Positions 28,704 through 38,729 of a stretch of DNA of 64,000 nt are shown here, piece after piece. The stretch is taken from assembly GCA_052035405.1 (NCBI GenBank), contig JBPOHQ010000002.1, forward strand, positions 334 through 64,333, in the 5' to 3' direction. Numbering within the stretch: the first letter of the stretch is position 1; every line of letters starts with the position of its first letter. This stretch comes from Candidatus Nomurabacteria bacterium. Its GTDB lineage: Bacteria > Patescibacteriota > Minisyncoccia > Phycocordibacterales > UBA9973. Both the position numbers and the translations under genes were made by a program. Below the pieces are notes generated by a model. It made no database searches, was not told the origin of the DNA, and saw only the letters and a program-made list of their open reading frames with translations.

Positions 28704-30029
28704 TTATTTTATAAATTTTTTATGTAATACGTTAATAATTTTATCTAAATTTGTTTCTCTGATTATTGCCTCGAGTCTGGTGCAGTTTTTGTAGAGGAAC
28801 GCACTTATTTCTAAGTCTGCTTTCATTTTTATAAGCATTGCGTTGAAATCATTTACATCATATACATCAAAATTTCCCACGAGGTAGACCATGGATACTG
28901 GATGCATATCCACATCTTTTACTTTTTTATTTATTTCCTCATAGACCTCATCTGCTTTACCGTTCGCATTATCGGCAACGATTTGAATACTGTATTGAGT
29001 GTTGCTGATAAGGATGATATCTACTTTATGTTTAAAAAACGCATTACTACTGATAGAGAGTAAACTATTTTCTTTTTTGCTTTCGTCGGAGATAGTGAAG
29101 AGCACTAAGTCCTTTTTATAACTCACTATTTTTGTGCCGTGTTTTAGTTTTTTTATATTTCCTACAGTAGTTTTTTGTTTTGGATCTGCGAGAGATGTGA
29201 TCTCGATAGGGGTATCGTGCATTTTTACGTACTGTATAGCTTTACCGTGGATTATCTTTCCAGCCTCTTCTGCTTCCTGATAGCTAATAAAAGGAATAGT
29301 TTTTGCAGTCTTTACTATTTTAGGATTTGCAGACATGACTCCACCGACGTCTTTCCAAAGAACTACTTTTGAAGCACGAAGACTAGCACCGATGAAGCAC
29401 GCTGTAGTATCTGTACCGCCACGACCGAGAGTCGTAGTGTCTCCGTTTTTTGTGATACCAGTAAATCCAGGTATAACAGGTACGATAGTCACATCCTTAA
29501 ATTTTTTCTGAACATTTTTCTCTGATTGACTGTAGAGTATATTTGAATTCTTGAAATTATCATCTGTTAGTATCTCTAAATCTTCTGCAAAAAAGACCCC
29601 TGATGGAACACCAAGATCTTCTAAATATACAGAAAACAAATTCGCAGAAAGTTTTTCGCCATAGGCTATAATGGCGTCCTCTTCTTTATTGGTAACTCCT
29701 TTAAAGCTTTCTAATTGTTTTTCTAGTTCACTAAAAGTTTTAATAAGGAGGGTAGTGGCTTTAATTCTATTTTCTTGAGACAGGTTTATATCTATAAGCG
29801 TCTGAGTATGTTTTTCTTTTAGCTTATTGAGTAAAGGTTTATAGTTTTTCTTCTCTTTAAGAGTTTTAGATATTGCTATAAGTTCATCCGTGACTCCAGG
29901 AAGTGCAGATACGACAACGACTGGAGAGTACCCAGCCTTGAGCTCTTCCTTGATGCGTTTCTCTATAAAAGGGATTAAGTCCTTTTTCAGAATTCCACCT
30001 CCAAATTTATTTACGATTATTTTTTTCAC
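28704..30029 (-). CDS. lysC: aspartate kinase
   Basis: KFGG, VVVSA, GEKLSA, TTLGRGGTD, KDVGGVMSANP; C-terminal ACT-like region; GTG start at 30029 likely. Confidence 0.9.
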   Translation of the reverse strand: MKKIIVNKFGGGILKKDLIPFIEKRIKEELKAGYSPVVVVSALPGVTDELIAISKTLKEKKNYKPLLNKLKEKHTQTLIDINLSQENRIKATTLLIKTFSELEKQLESFKGVTNKEEDAIIAYGEKLSANLFSVYLEDLGVPSGVFFAEDLEILTDDNFKNSNILYSQSEKNVQKKFKDVTIVPVIPGFTGITKNGDTTTLGRGGTDTTACFIGASLRASKVVLWKDVGGVMSANPKIVKTAKTIPFISYQEAEEAGKIIHGKAIQYVKMHDTPIEITSLADPKQKTTVGNIKKLKHGTKIVSYKKDLVLFTISDESKKENSLLSISSNAFFKHKVDIILISNTQYSIQIVADNANGKADEVYEEINKKVKDVDMHPVSMVYLVGNFDVYDVNDFNAMLIKMKADLEISAFLYKNCTRLEAIIRETNLDKIINVLHKKFIK

Positions 30030-30141
30030 TCTGTAACTATAAGACTTTTGCACCCAAAAATCAATCCGATGTATTTATTGTTATTTGATAGAGATTTGCT
30101 ATAGTTACAGTATTATTTAGTTAAAATTTTTAAATAAAGAT

Positions 30142-31392
30142 ATGTCTAAAATACTTGTTATAGGTTGTGGAAATGTCGGAAGTGTCGGTCTTCATAAGAT
30201 GGCTCAAACACCAAATATTTTTTCTGAAATTCATGTCGTTTCTCGAACACGTGCAAAGTGTGAAGCTGTGAATGCTTCTATCGTTAAAAAATCCAAAGGC
30301 AAGGTAAGTCTTAAAATTCATACAGCAAACGTTGGTGAGCCTGGAGTATTTTTGAATTTACTTCAAGAAGTGAAGCCTACTCTCGTAGTTAATTGGGGTT
30401 CTCCATATGACAATCTTGTAGTGATGGACGCTTGTCTAGAATACGGAGTTAACTACATTGATACTGCATGTTATGAAAATCCAGAAAAGTACGGCTTCTC
30501 TTACAAACTTCAACTTGCAAAAAATGAAGAATTCAAAAAGAAAGGCCTTCTTGCAATCCTGGGTTCAGGATTTGATCCAGGTGTTTCAAATATTTATTCT
30601 GCATATGCTCGGGACTATTTATTCGACAAGATAGATACCATTGATATCTTAGATTGTAATGGTGGAAGTAAAGATAAGAAGATAAAATTCGCACCAAACT
30701 TTGATCCAGAAATAAATCTACGTGAACTTATCTTACCTATCGAATACTGGAAGAATGGTAAATGGGTAAAAAGAGGAAAACTAATTGATGAAGATGCGGC
30801 ATTTTTTGAATTTGATTTCCCAGAGGCTGGGAAGTTTACTCCATACCTCATGTATCATGAAGAATTGGAAACTATTCCAAAACATATTCCAGGACTCAAA
30901 CAAATTCGTTTTTGGATGACATTTTCACCAGCGTACCTCACATATCTTCGAGTGCTCTATGAAGTAGGTATGACTCGTATTGATGAAGTGGACTATGATG
31001 GCAAGAAAGTGGTACCTGTAAAATTCTTAAAGAAAATTTTACCTACTGGAGAGGATTTCAATTCTGGCTATAAAGGTAAGACGAATATTGGAAATATTAT
31101 TTCTGGAACAAAGAAAGGCAAGAAACAATATATGTATATCTACAACGTCTGTGATCACCAGAAAGCATTCAAGGAAACAAATGGTAATGCTATAGGATAC
31201 ACAACGGCTATTCCGACAGTCACCACTGCAAAACTTGTACTTCAAGGTAAATGGGGTGGTGTGGGGGTCAAGAATACTGAAGACAAGTCATTCGACTCTA
31301 AAGTATACATAGAAGAAATGGCAAAAACTGGACTTACTACAGTGGTGAAGAAGTTAAAAGATTTACCAAAAGCTTTAAAGCAGAATTACTAA
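30142..31392 (+). CDS. carboxy(nor)spermidine dehydrogenase (saccharopine dehydrogenase family)
   Basis: GCGNVG, YIDTA, GSGFDPGV, DCNGG, NFDPEINLRE, YHEELE; directly upstream of nspC. Confidence 0.9.
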   Translation: MSKILVIGCGNVGSVGLHKMAQTPNIFSEIHVVSRTRAKCEAVNASIVKKSKGKVSLKIHTANVGEPGVFLNLLQEVKPTLVVNWGSPYDNLVVMDACLEYGVNYIDTACYENPEKYGFSYKLQLAKNEEFKKKGLLAILGSGFDPGVSNIYSAYARDYLFDKIDTIDILDCNGGSKDKKIKFAPNFDPEINLRELILPIEYWKNGKWVKRGKLIDEDAAFFEFDFPEAGKFTPYLMYHEELETIPKHIPGLKQIRFWMTFSPAYLTYLRVLYEVGMTRIDEVDYDGKKVVPVKFLKKILPTGEDFNSGYKGKTNIGNIISGTKKGKKQYMYIYNVCDHQKAFKETNGNAIGYTTAIPTVTTAKLVLQGKWGGVGVKNTEDKSFDSKVYIEEMAKTGLTTVVKKLKDLPKALKQNY

Positions 31393-31394
31393 AA

Positions 31395-32600
31395 ATGAAA
31401 GATTCAGAAAAATTTATCGAGCCATGGGTCACTGAAGAAGGCTGGAAGGCAGAGGATTTTAAAAAAGTCCCTACGCCTTGCTACGTGGTATCAGAAGCTC
31501 ATCTAGAGAGGAATTTTAAAATTCTCAACCAAGTAGAGAAGGATACTGGGGTGCATGTACTTATGGCACTCAAAGGTTTTTCAATGTTCTCAACTTTTCC
31601 ATTGGCAAAGAAATATCTTTCAGGTTCTGAGGCGAGCTCTGTAAATGAGGCTCGCCTTGGAAGAGAAAAATTTGGCAAAGAGATGCATGTGTTTTCTCCT
31701 TCATACACAAAAGAAAATCTTAAAGAATATTTAAAATACGCTGACCATCTAGTATTCAATTCTTTCTCCCAGTGGGGTGCGTTTAAAGATGTGATTAAGA
31801 AACACAATAAAAACGCAAAGAAAAAAGTTTCCTGTGGTATGCGGGTGAATCTCGAACATAGTGAAGCCGAGGTCTCTATGTACAACCCTTCTGCACCGCA
31901 TTCACACTTTGGAGTAACCCTTAAAGAATTCCAGAAAGATAACCTAACTGAATTAGAAGGACTACATTTTCACAATTTATGCGAACTTGATGCTGATGCA
32001 CTTGTACGAAGTCTCAAGGTCTTTGAAGAGAAGTTTGGTAAATTCTTGCCTGCTATGAAGTGGGTAAACTTTGGTGGAGGGCACCATATCACTCGCGATG
32101 GCTATAATTTAGAATTACTCAAAAAAACTTTAATAGACTTCAAATCTCGCTATCCGCACCTGACTGTATACATGGAGCCAGGCGAAGCTACGGCACTCAA
32201 CGCTGGGGTCCTTGTAGGGTCTGTGGTGGATATATTAAGGAACGAAATGGATATAGCAGTGCTTGATATCTCACCGACTTGTCACATGCCGGATGTGCTG
32301 GAGATTCCGTATTTGCCAAGGATTATCGGAGTGGACTTCGTGAAAGAGGGTAGTAAAAATGTGTACAGACTCGTAGGTCCTACTTGTCTGACTGGAGACG
32401 TAATAGGAGACTACTCATTTAAAACTCCTCTTAAAATCGGTGACAAAGTCGTGTTCCTCAATATGGCGATATATACCATGGTAAAGAACAACACCTTCAA
32501 CGGAGTAGATTTGCCTTCAATCGCAATTCAAGATAAAAAAGGTAAAATAAAAATTATTAAAAAGTTTGATTATAAGGATTTTAAAGAAAGACTATCTTAA
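31395..32600 (+). CDS. nspC: carboxy(nor)spermidine decarboxylase
   Basis: TPCYV, ALKGFS (PLP Lys), GLHFHNLCE, NFGGGHHIT, EPGEA, HMPDVLE, YTMVKNNTFNGV. Confidence 0.93.
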   Translation: MKDSEKFIEPWVTEEGWKAEDFKKVPTPCYVVSEAHLERNFKILNQVEKDTGVHVLMALKGFSMFSTFPLAKKYLSGSEASSVNEARLGREKFGKEMHVFSPSYTKENLKEYLKYADHLVFNSFSQWGAFKDVIKKHNKNAKKKVSCGMRVNLEHSEAEVSMYNPSAPHSHFGVTLKEFQKDNLTELEGLHFHNLCELDADALVRSLKVFEEKFGKFLPAMKWVNFGGGHHITRDGYNLELLKKTLIDFKSRYPHLTVYMEPGEATALNAGVLVGSVVDILRNEMDIAVLDISPTCHMPDVLEIPYLPRIIGVDFVKEGSKNVYRLVGPTCLTGDVIGDYSFKTPLKIGDKVVFLNMAIYTMVKNNTFNGVDLPSIAIQDKKGKIKIIKKFDYKDFKERLS

Positions 32601-32631
32601 ATTACACAGGGTTACCTTATGTAAAAACTCT

Positions 32632-32946
32632 ATGACTTTCAGCGAACGCGTGGTAAAAATTGCATTATCTATTCCAAAAGGTCGGGTGACTACCTATGGC
32701 AATATTTCTCGAGCAGCGGGCGGTGGAACGATGGCTTCACAGAGTATTACAAATATCTTAGGTAAAGCGTACATGGCTGGAGAGAAAAAGATTCCGTTCC
32801 ACCGAATAGTCTACGCAGGTGGAAAGATCTGGGTAGATGACAAGCACAGAAAGGAACGCATGACACTATACAAGAAAGAAGGCATAAAAATAGATAGTAA
32901 GGATAGGATAGAAAACTTCCGAGATATTGTGATAGAATTTAAATAA
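32632..32946 (+). CDS. alkyltransferase-like (ATL/MGMT DNA-binding) protein lacking the catalytic Cys
   Basis: IPKGRVTTYG; PFHRIV in place of PCHRV. Confidence 0.8.
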   Translation: MTFSERVVKIALSIPKGRVTTYGNISRAAGGGTMASQSITNILGKAYMAGEKKIPFHRIVYAGGKIWVDDKHRKERMTLYKKEGIKIDSKDRIENFRDIVIEFK

Positions 32947-32948
32947 TT

Positions 32949-34004
32949 ATGGATCAACAACAAAGAGAACAAAAGAGGTCAGAAAAATTAGCTAACTTTA
33001 ATCAAAATGAAAATGGTCTGCATGACCATGGTATTTTTGGTTTACCTTTTGGAACAGAAGAATCAGAACTTGTATTGGTGCCATTACCGTGGGAGGCGAC
33101 AGTGTCTTATAAGACAGGTGCTGCAGATGGACCGAAGGCAATACTGGACGCTTCACAACAGATAGATCTATATGATCAAATTAATTCTGATGGATGGAAA
33201 AAGGGTATTGCTATGATGGATATTCCAGAAAGTGTTTTTTCAAAAAGCAAAGAAATTCGTGAGAAAGTAGAAAAGTATTTAGAAAAATATACTACTGGTA
33301 CAGTCGACGATGAATTGAAAAGAGATATAAATCAGGCGTGTCTTTTATTTAAACAAGATGTTAAAGACCTTAGTCTTTCCTTGGTCAATGAAGGAAAGGT
33401 TGTAGGAATAGTAGGAGGAGACCATAGTGTACCACTTGGATACCTTGAGGCGTTAGCTACCAAACATGAAAAGTTTGGCATACTTCATATCGATGCTCAT
33501 GCAGACTTACGTGAAGCCTATGAAGGCTTCGAATATTCGCATGCTTCTATTTTTTATAATGTTTTAAAAATTGAAAATGTAGAAAAATTGGTACAGATAG
33601 GTATACGAGATTTTTCCCAAGGTGAAAAGGATTTAGTAGATAAAGAAAATGGAAGAGTAAAAATGTTCACAGAATACGGTATACGTAAAGATCTTTTTGA
33701 AGGTAGAAAATGGAAAGATATATGCGAAGACATAGTACATGAGTTACCTGAGAAAGTTTATATATCTTTTGATATTGATGGACTTGCTCCGCATTTGTCT
33801 CCTAACACCGGCACTCCCGTGCTTGGTGGTTTCTCTTTGGAAGAAGTTGTGTATTTATTTGAAAAGATTCTAGGATCCGGTAAAAAAATAATAGGTTTTG
33901 ATCTATGCGAAGTTGCTCCAGGTAAAGACGGTGAATGGGATGGCAACGTAGGTGCAAGAGTTTTGTATAAACTTTGCTTAGTTTCTTTAAAGGGACGTAT
34001 CTAA
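32949..34004 (+). CDS. speB: agmatinase (ureohydrolase family)
   Basis: GGDHS, DAHADL, SFDIDGL, TGTP, DLCEV. Confidence 0.88.
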   Translation: MDQQQREQKRSEKLANFNQNENGLHDHGIFGLPFGTEESELVLVPLPWEATVSYKTGAADGPKAILDASQQIDLYDQINSDGWKKGIAMMDIPESVFSKSKEIREKVEKYLEKYTTGTVDDELKRDINQACLLFKQDVKDLSLSLVNEGKVVGIVGGDHSVPLGYLEALATKHEKFGILHIDAHADLREAYEGFEYSHASIFYNVLKIENVEKLVQIGIRDFSQGEKDLVDKENGRVKMFTEYGIRKDLFEGRKWKDICEDIVHELPEKVYISFDIDGLAPHLSPNTGTPVLGGFSLEEVVYLFEKILGSGKKIIGFDLCEVAPGKDGEWDGNVGARVLYKLCLVSLKGRI

Positions 34005-34005
34005 C

Positions 34006-34752
34006 ATGGATAAAAAAAATAAAACAAAACTAGTACACGAAGTACGTGCTGTAAAGACTAAGGCTGAATTAGAAAAGATAATTAAAGCTCAGAGGATAAG
34101 CGAGCAAGTTTTGAGTGAAGTTTTAAAGTTTCTAAAGACAGGCGTCACAGAGATCGAAGTATCTAATTTTATTAAAAAATCTTTCATAAAAAATAAAGTA
34201 CCAGTACTCGCATTTCCTCCTATTGTTGCTTTTGGTAAAAATTCTGCAAATATTCATCATGAGCCTACGAAGGCTAAACTTAAAGTAGGAGATACGATAA
34301 TGCTCGATTTTGGTACTACGGTAAATCATTATTGTTCAGACATGACTCGTACATATTTCTGGGGTGAACCTAGTGCAAGACAAAAGGAGATATATCTCGG
34401 GGTGCTCGAGGCGATGAATCGAGCTTTTCTAAAATTAAAATCAGGGGAGACTAATTGTCATGTGATAGACAAAGTCTCACGAGATTATTTAGTAAAGAAA
34501 TTCGGTAAAGGTAGCTTTCCTCATACACTCGGGCATGGAGTAGGAACAGTCATTCATGAATGGCCGAGTTTTAGACCAAAGTCAGAAGATAAAATTATTC
34601 CAGGTCACGTAATGACTGTCGAACCGGGACTTTATTTTAAAGGTTTTGGAGGAGTACGTATTGAAGATATGATACTTATTACTAAAAAAGGATACGAAAA
34701 CCTAACACACGTACCAAAAGATTTACAAAATATTATCCTCGAACCCTGTTAA
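34006..34752 (+). CDS. M24 Xaa-Pro peptidase, catalytic domain only
   Basis: SDMTRT, HTLGHGVG..IHE, TVEPGLY, GVRIED. Confidence 0.88.
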   Translation: MDKKNKTKLVHEVRAVKTKAELEKIIKAQRISEQVLSEVLKFLKTGVTEIEVSNFIKKSFIKNKVPVLAFPPIVAFGKNSANIHHEPTKAKLKVGDTIMLDFGTTVNHYCSDMTRTYFWGEPSARQKEIYLGVLEAMNRAFLKLKSGETNCHVIDKVSRDYLVKKFGKGSFPHTLGHGVGTVIHEWPSFRPKSEDKIIPGHVMTVEPGLYFKGFGGVRIEDMILITKKGYENLTHVPKDLQNIILEPC

Positions 34753-34803
34753 TATTTTTTGATATTTTGTAAAAACTTAATATTGGTTTATATTTAATAA
34801 TGA

Positions 34804-36102
34804 ATGAAAAAACTTTTCAGAAAAATTATTGTATTTGTCTTAAAAAAAGAGGCACAACTCGTGCTTTGGAAATATAAGCCTAAAATTGTTGCTATTACTG
34901 GGTCCGTAGGTAAGACCTCCACTAAAGATGCAGTATATACAATGATGCATGGTCATGTGAACGTACGCAGAAGTGAGAAGAGCTACAATAGTCAAATAGG
35001 GCTTCCTCTTACTATCCTAAATATTCCAAATGGTTGGAATAATCCTTTTGTCTGGTTTGTAAATATTTGTAAAGGTTTGTGGCTTTTTATATGGCCTCAT
35101 AATTTTCCAGAGTGGTTAGTACTTGAAGTTGGAGTCGGTAAACCAGGGGACATGGCAGAGACCGCATCATGGCTCAAGACTGATAGGGTGATTATCACGG
35201 CGATAGGTGCGACTCCTGTGCACATAGAATTTTTTAAGTCCAAAGAACACTTGGTAGAAGAAAAAAGTGGGCTCATAAATACACTAAAGAAAGATGGAAT
35301 TTTGATATTAAATGCTGATGATCCTATTGTTGTGGGCATGCAGACAAAAACAAAAAATAAAATCTTTAGATATGGCTTTAATACAGAAGCAGATTTAATA
35401 GCTTCCAATATGACTCTATCTTATTCTGAGAACAAGAAGCCAGAAGGAGTGACTTTTACTGTACAAAGAAAAGGTGGAGATATTGTGCCGGTAGTGATGC
35501 AAGGTAGATTTGGTAAAAATCATATGTATTCCACGCTTGCGGCTTTCGCTGTGAGTTGTAGCTTAGATTGGAATATTTATGAAGCTATCCGTGAATTAAA
35601 AAATTATCAAGTCCCTCGTGGGCGTATGTGTCTAATCCCAGGTGTGGAGGGTAGTATAATTATAGACGACACATACAACTCTTCTCCTGTAGCTTCGGAG
35701 GCAGCATTGGAAACATTGAAAGAGGTAGGTGGTAATGGTAGAAAAATAGTTGCTTTAGGTGACATGCTCGAATTAGGAGAAGATAGTGAAGAAGCTCATA
35801 GATTTATAGGGAAAATAGCTAAAGATTCCTGCAATTTTCTGATAACAGTAGGCGAGAGGGCTAAGTTTATAAAAGCTGGCGCGATAGAAGCCGGTATGCA
35901 TATAGAAAATATATTTGAATTTTCAAACTCAAAAGAAGCGGGTGATTTCCTTCGAGATTTTATCCAGACAGGGGACATAATACTAGTGAAAGGTTCTCAG
36001 GGTATTCGTATGGAGAGGGTTGTCGCTGCTATTCTTCGAGATATAGATATGAAGGGTAGTCTTCTCGTTCGACAAGAAAAGGAGTGGCTAGATAAGAAAT
36101 AA
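34804..36102 (+). CDS. murF: UDP-MurNAc-tripeptide--D-Ala-D-Ala ligase
   Basis: ITGSVGKTSTK, IDDTYNSSP, LGDMLELG, LVKGSQG. Confidence 0.93.
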   Translation: MKKLFRKIIVFVLKKEAQLVLWKYKPKIVAITGSVGKTSTKDAVYTMMHGHVNVRRSEKSYNSQIGLPLTILNIPNGWNNPFVWFVNICKGLWLFIWPHNFPEWLVLEVGVGKPGDMAETASWLKTDRVIITAIGATPVHIEFFKSKEHLVEEKSGLINTLKKDGILILNADDPIVVGMQTKTKNKIFRYGFNTEADLIASNMTLSYSENKKPEGVTFTVQRKGGDIVPVVMQGRFGKNHMYSTLAAFAVSCSLDWNIYEAIRELKNYQVPRGRMCLIPGVEGSIIIDDTYNSSPVASEAALETLKEVGGNGRKIVALGDMLELGEDSEEAHRFIGKIAKDSCNFLITVGERAKFIKAGAIEAGMHIENIFEFSNSKEAGDFLRDFIQTGDIILVKGSQGIRMERVVAAILRDIDMKGSLLVRQEKEWLDKK

Positions 36103-36171
36103 AATAATTTCATCCTGTTGACTTTATATAAAAGTAATGTATTATTACTTTTAAACTAAAAGCTCTTCGGT

Positions 36172-36627
36172 ATGAAAAGAAATCTCTTTAAGAAGAATTT
36201 TTTGACTGTGATCAAAAATTCTTGTGGAACTAACATGTTCCGAAATTACTTTTACCAAAATCTCGGAGATATCCTTAAAAATGGCGATCTTTCATGTGCC
36301 TACTTTGTGTCTATTGTTTTACTTATGTTTGGCTTTGTTGATAAACCTTATTTTCGGGTTTTAGATACTATTGCTGAAATGGAGAAAAATGGATGGTATG
36401 AAATTACAAAGTTGCGCAAGGGTTGTATTGTTGTATGGAATCCGATTGTTCAAAATGGTGGTACCCACCTCCATATAGGTTTTTATATGGGTAAAGGTAT
36501 TGCGATTTCGAATAGAAGTTCCCTGGGGGTTCCTGGTGAACACTCAGTAACTGCTTCCGGCTTGGATAAGACGCCAACAAAAATCGGCACCATTCGCACT
36601 ATTTACTGGCACGACAAACTGGGTTAG
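36172..36627 (+). CDS. hypothetical protein, possibly an NlpC/P60-CHAP-like Cys-His amidase
   Basis: LSCAYFVS ... HIGFY pattern; lies between murF and an L,D-transpeptidase. Confidence 0.5.
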   Translation: MKRNLFKKNFLTVIKNSCGTNMFRNYFYQNLGDILKNGDLSCAYFVSIVLLMFGFVDKPYFRVLDTIAEMEKNGWYEITKLRKGCIVVWNPIVQNGGTHLHIGFYMGKGIAISNRSSLGVPGEHSVTASGLDKTPTKIGTIRTIYWHDKLG

Positions 36628-36636
36628 ACTATTCCC

Positions 36637-37149
36637 ATGGAAAACATAGTCATCAAAAAAAAAGAAGGGGCTTACGTTGTCGAGTATAACGAAGCCTTTT
36701 TTTATTGCGTAATTGGTAAAAATGGAATTACTAGAGATAAAAAAGAAGGCGACTGGATGACACCAGTAGGAACTTTTAAAATTCAAGAAGTTTTTTATCG
36801 AAAAGACAGAGTAGATGCATTTATTTGTGATTTTGAGTTAAATTCAATATCAGAAGATGACGGCTGGTGCGATGATCCAACCTCTCCAGAATATAATCAT
36901 TTTGTGAAATTACCGTATCCTTTTAGTGCTGAAAATTTGTGGAGGGAAGACGATTTGTATGATATTGTGGCTGTTTTAGACTATAACTCTGATCCTGTTA
37001 TACCAGGTAAAGGCAGTGCTATTTTTATACATGTAGCAAAAGAAGGTATGGAATACACAAAAGGCTGTGTTGCCTTAAAAAAAGATGATTTAATAAAGCT
37101 CTTGGGTCTTATTCATAAAGATACAGGGGTCCATATAAACCAGGATTAA
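36637..37149 (+). CDS. L,D-transpeptidase family (YkuD) protein
   Basis: KKEGDxxTPxG, GSAIFIH...TKGCVA. Confidence 0.85.
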   Translation: MENIVIKKKEGAYVVEYNEAFFYCVIGKNGITRDKKEGDWMTPVGTFKIQEVFYRKDRVDAFICDFELNSISEDDGWCDDPTSPEYNHFVKLPYPFSAENLWREDDLYDIVAVLDYNSDPVIPGKGSAIFIHVAKEGMEYTKGCVALKKDDLIKLLGLIHKDTGVHINQD

Positions 37150-37189
37150 TATAGTTGCAATTTCGCTTAAACTATACTATTATAGGACC

Positions 37190-37348
37190 ATGTCACAAGA
37201 AAGACTTATAAAACTTGCCTGCGGAACTTGTAAAAGAGTAAACTACTGGTCACGCAAGAACAAAAAGACCGTTACAAAGAAACTTGAACTCAAGAAGTAC
37301 TGTAAGTGGTGCAAGGAGCAAAAGAAACACAAAGAAATCAAGAAATAA
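37190..37348 (+). CDS. rpmG: 50S ribosomal protein L33 (Zn-ribbon form), not in the ORF track
   Basis: Manual translation MSQERLIKLACGTCKRVNYWSRKNKKTVTKKLELKKYCKWCKEQKKHKEIKK*. Confidence 0.95.
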   Translation: MSQERLIKLACGTCKRVNYWSRKNKKTVTKKLELKKYCKWCKEQKKHKEIKK

Positions 37349-37370
37349 TATTTTTAGGATATTTACTATT

Positions 37371-37402
37371 ACAAAATCAACAAGAATTCTTGTTGATTTT
37401 GT
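37371..37402. repeat. perfect 32-bp palindrome after rpmG (terminator or operator)
   Basis: ACAAAATCAACAAGAATTCTTGTTGATTTTGT. Confidence 0.7.
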
Positions 37403-37444
37403 CGTTTATTGGTATCATAGTATAAGTAAAATCATATTATATCG

Positions 37445-38689
37445 ATGAACATAAACCCTTTAGTATATTTAATATCTTTTCTATTTTTTGTATTTTTAGC
37501 AGCCTTTTTTATTCTCCAGACCAGAAGACGAGAAAAAAAGGTAGACCAGTTTAATGAAATGCTTTCCAGTATGACGGACGGTGTTTTGGTTGTGGATCTT
37601 AAGAACAGAATTCGTTTTGTAAACGGTGCTGCAAAGAGGATCATTCATTTACCAGAGAAAAAGGATGCGACTATTTTTGATTTTGTGAGTTATCTCGGAA
37701 ATAATTTCGACATTATTAATCGCCTTCGTGAGTCTATTGATACAAATAAAGAATATTGTTCGGAGCATATACCTCTTGGAGATAAATATTTTCAGATATT
37801 TGTATTACCAGTAAAAGGAGTATCTTTTTTAGGTCATGATATAATCACAGGTGGCATGGTTGTTTTTCATAATATTACTTCAGAGGTTGCTGTAGAGACC
37901 TTACGTAAGGATTTCACCTCTATGCTTATTCATGAACTTCGTTCACCTCTTGATGGTATAAAAAAAATAACTGAACTCCTTAAGAATAAAAATATAAAAT
38001 TGGAAGAGAAAAGTTATGAAGACTATATAGAACTCATTCATAAAAATTCTTCTTCGATGCTCGAACTCGTGAGTGACATATTGGACGTAGATAAAATAGA
38101 GGCAGGGAAATTTACAATTACCAAACAAGAAGCAGATATTAAAAAAGTGATAGGAGATAGAGTAGACTTCTATCAAACTGTAGCAAAAGATGCAGGTGTA
38201 AATCTCGTAGCTTTATTTAGTGAGAATGTTCCAAGTACTATGATGTTTGACCCAGATGCAATAGAGCATGTACTCTCAAACCTTATTTCAAATGCGATAA
38301 AATACACAAATAAAAACGGTGATGTAAAGGTTATTACTTTTTTACATGAAGGAGGAGCAGATATTCAAGAAGAAGCAGAAAAAGTAGGCTATACTTCATC
38401 AAACCATTTTCCAGAAAAAGTCGTGCAAGTATTACTTCATGAAAAAGAGTCCTTTCTTGTTGTTATGGTCTCAGATACAGGTATAGGTATAAAGCAAGAT
38501 GATATCAGGAGTATTTTCAGTAAATTTAAACAATTAAATACAAAGGATGCTGTGTCAAAAAAGACTCGTGGTACAGGGCTCGGACTCGTCATTGCAAAAG
38601 GTGTGGTAAACGAACACAAAGGAGAGATAGGGGTTTTGTCCAAAGAAGGTGAGGGTAGCACTTTCTTTTTTACATTGCCATTGGTATAA
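37445..38689 (+). CDS. PAS-domain sensor histidine kinase
   Basis: TM, PAS-like region, HELRSPL, NLISNAIKY, DTGIG, GTGLGL, GEGSTF. Confidence 0.93.
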   Translation: MNINPLVYLISFLFFVFLAAFFILQTRRREKKVDQFNEMLSSMTDGVLVVDLKNRIRFVNGAAKRIIHLPEKKDATIFDFVSYLGNNFDIINRLRESIDTNKEYCSEHIPLGDKYFQIFVLPVKGVSFLGHDIITGGMVVFHNITSEVAVETLRKDFTSMLIHELRSPLDGIKKITELLKNKNIKLEEKSYEDYIELIHKNSSSMLELVSDILDVDKIEAGKFTITKQEADIKKVIGDRVDFYQTVAKDAGVNLVALFSENVPSTMMFDPDAIEHVLSNLISNAIKYTNKNGDVKVITFLHEGGADIQEEAEKVGYTSSNHFPEKVVQVLLHEKESFLVVMVSDTGIGIKQDDIRSIFSKFKQLNTKDAVSKKTRGTGLGLVIAKGVVNEHKGEIGVLSKEGEGSTFFFTLPLV

Positions 38690-38729
38690 TACTTTTATAA
38701 TAATAACGTTTAATTTTTTGAGATAATTT

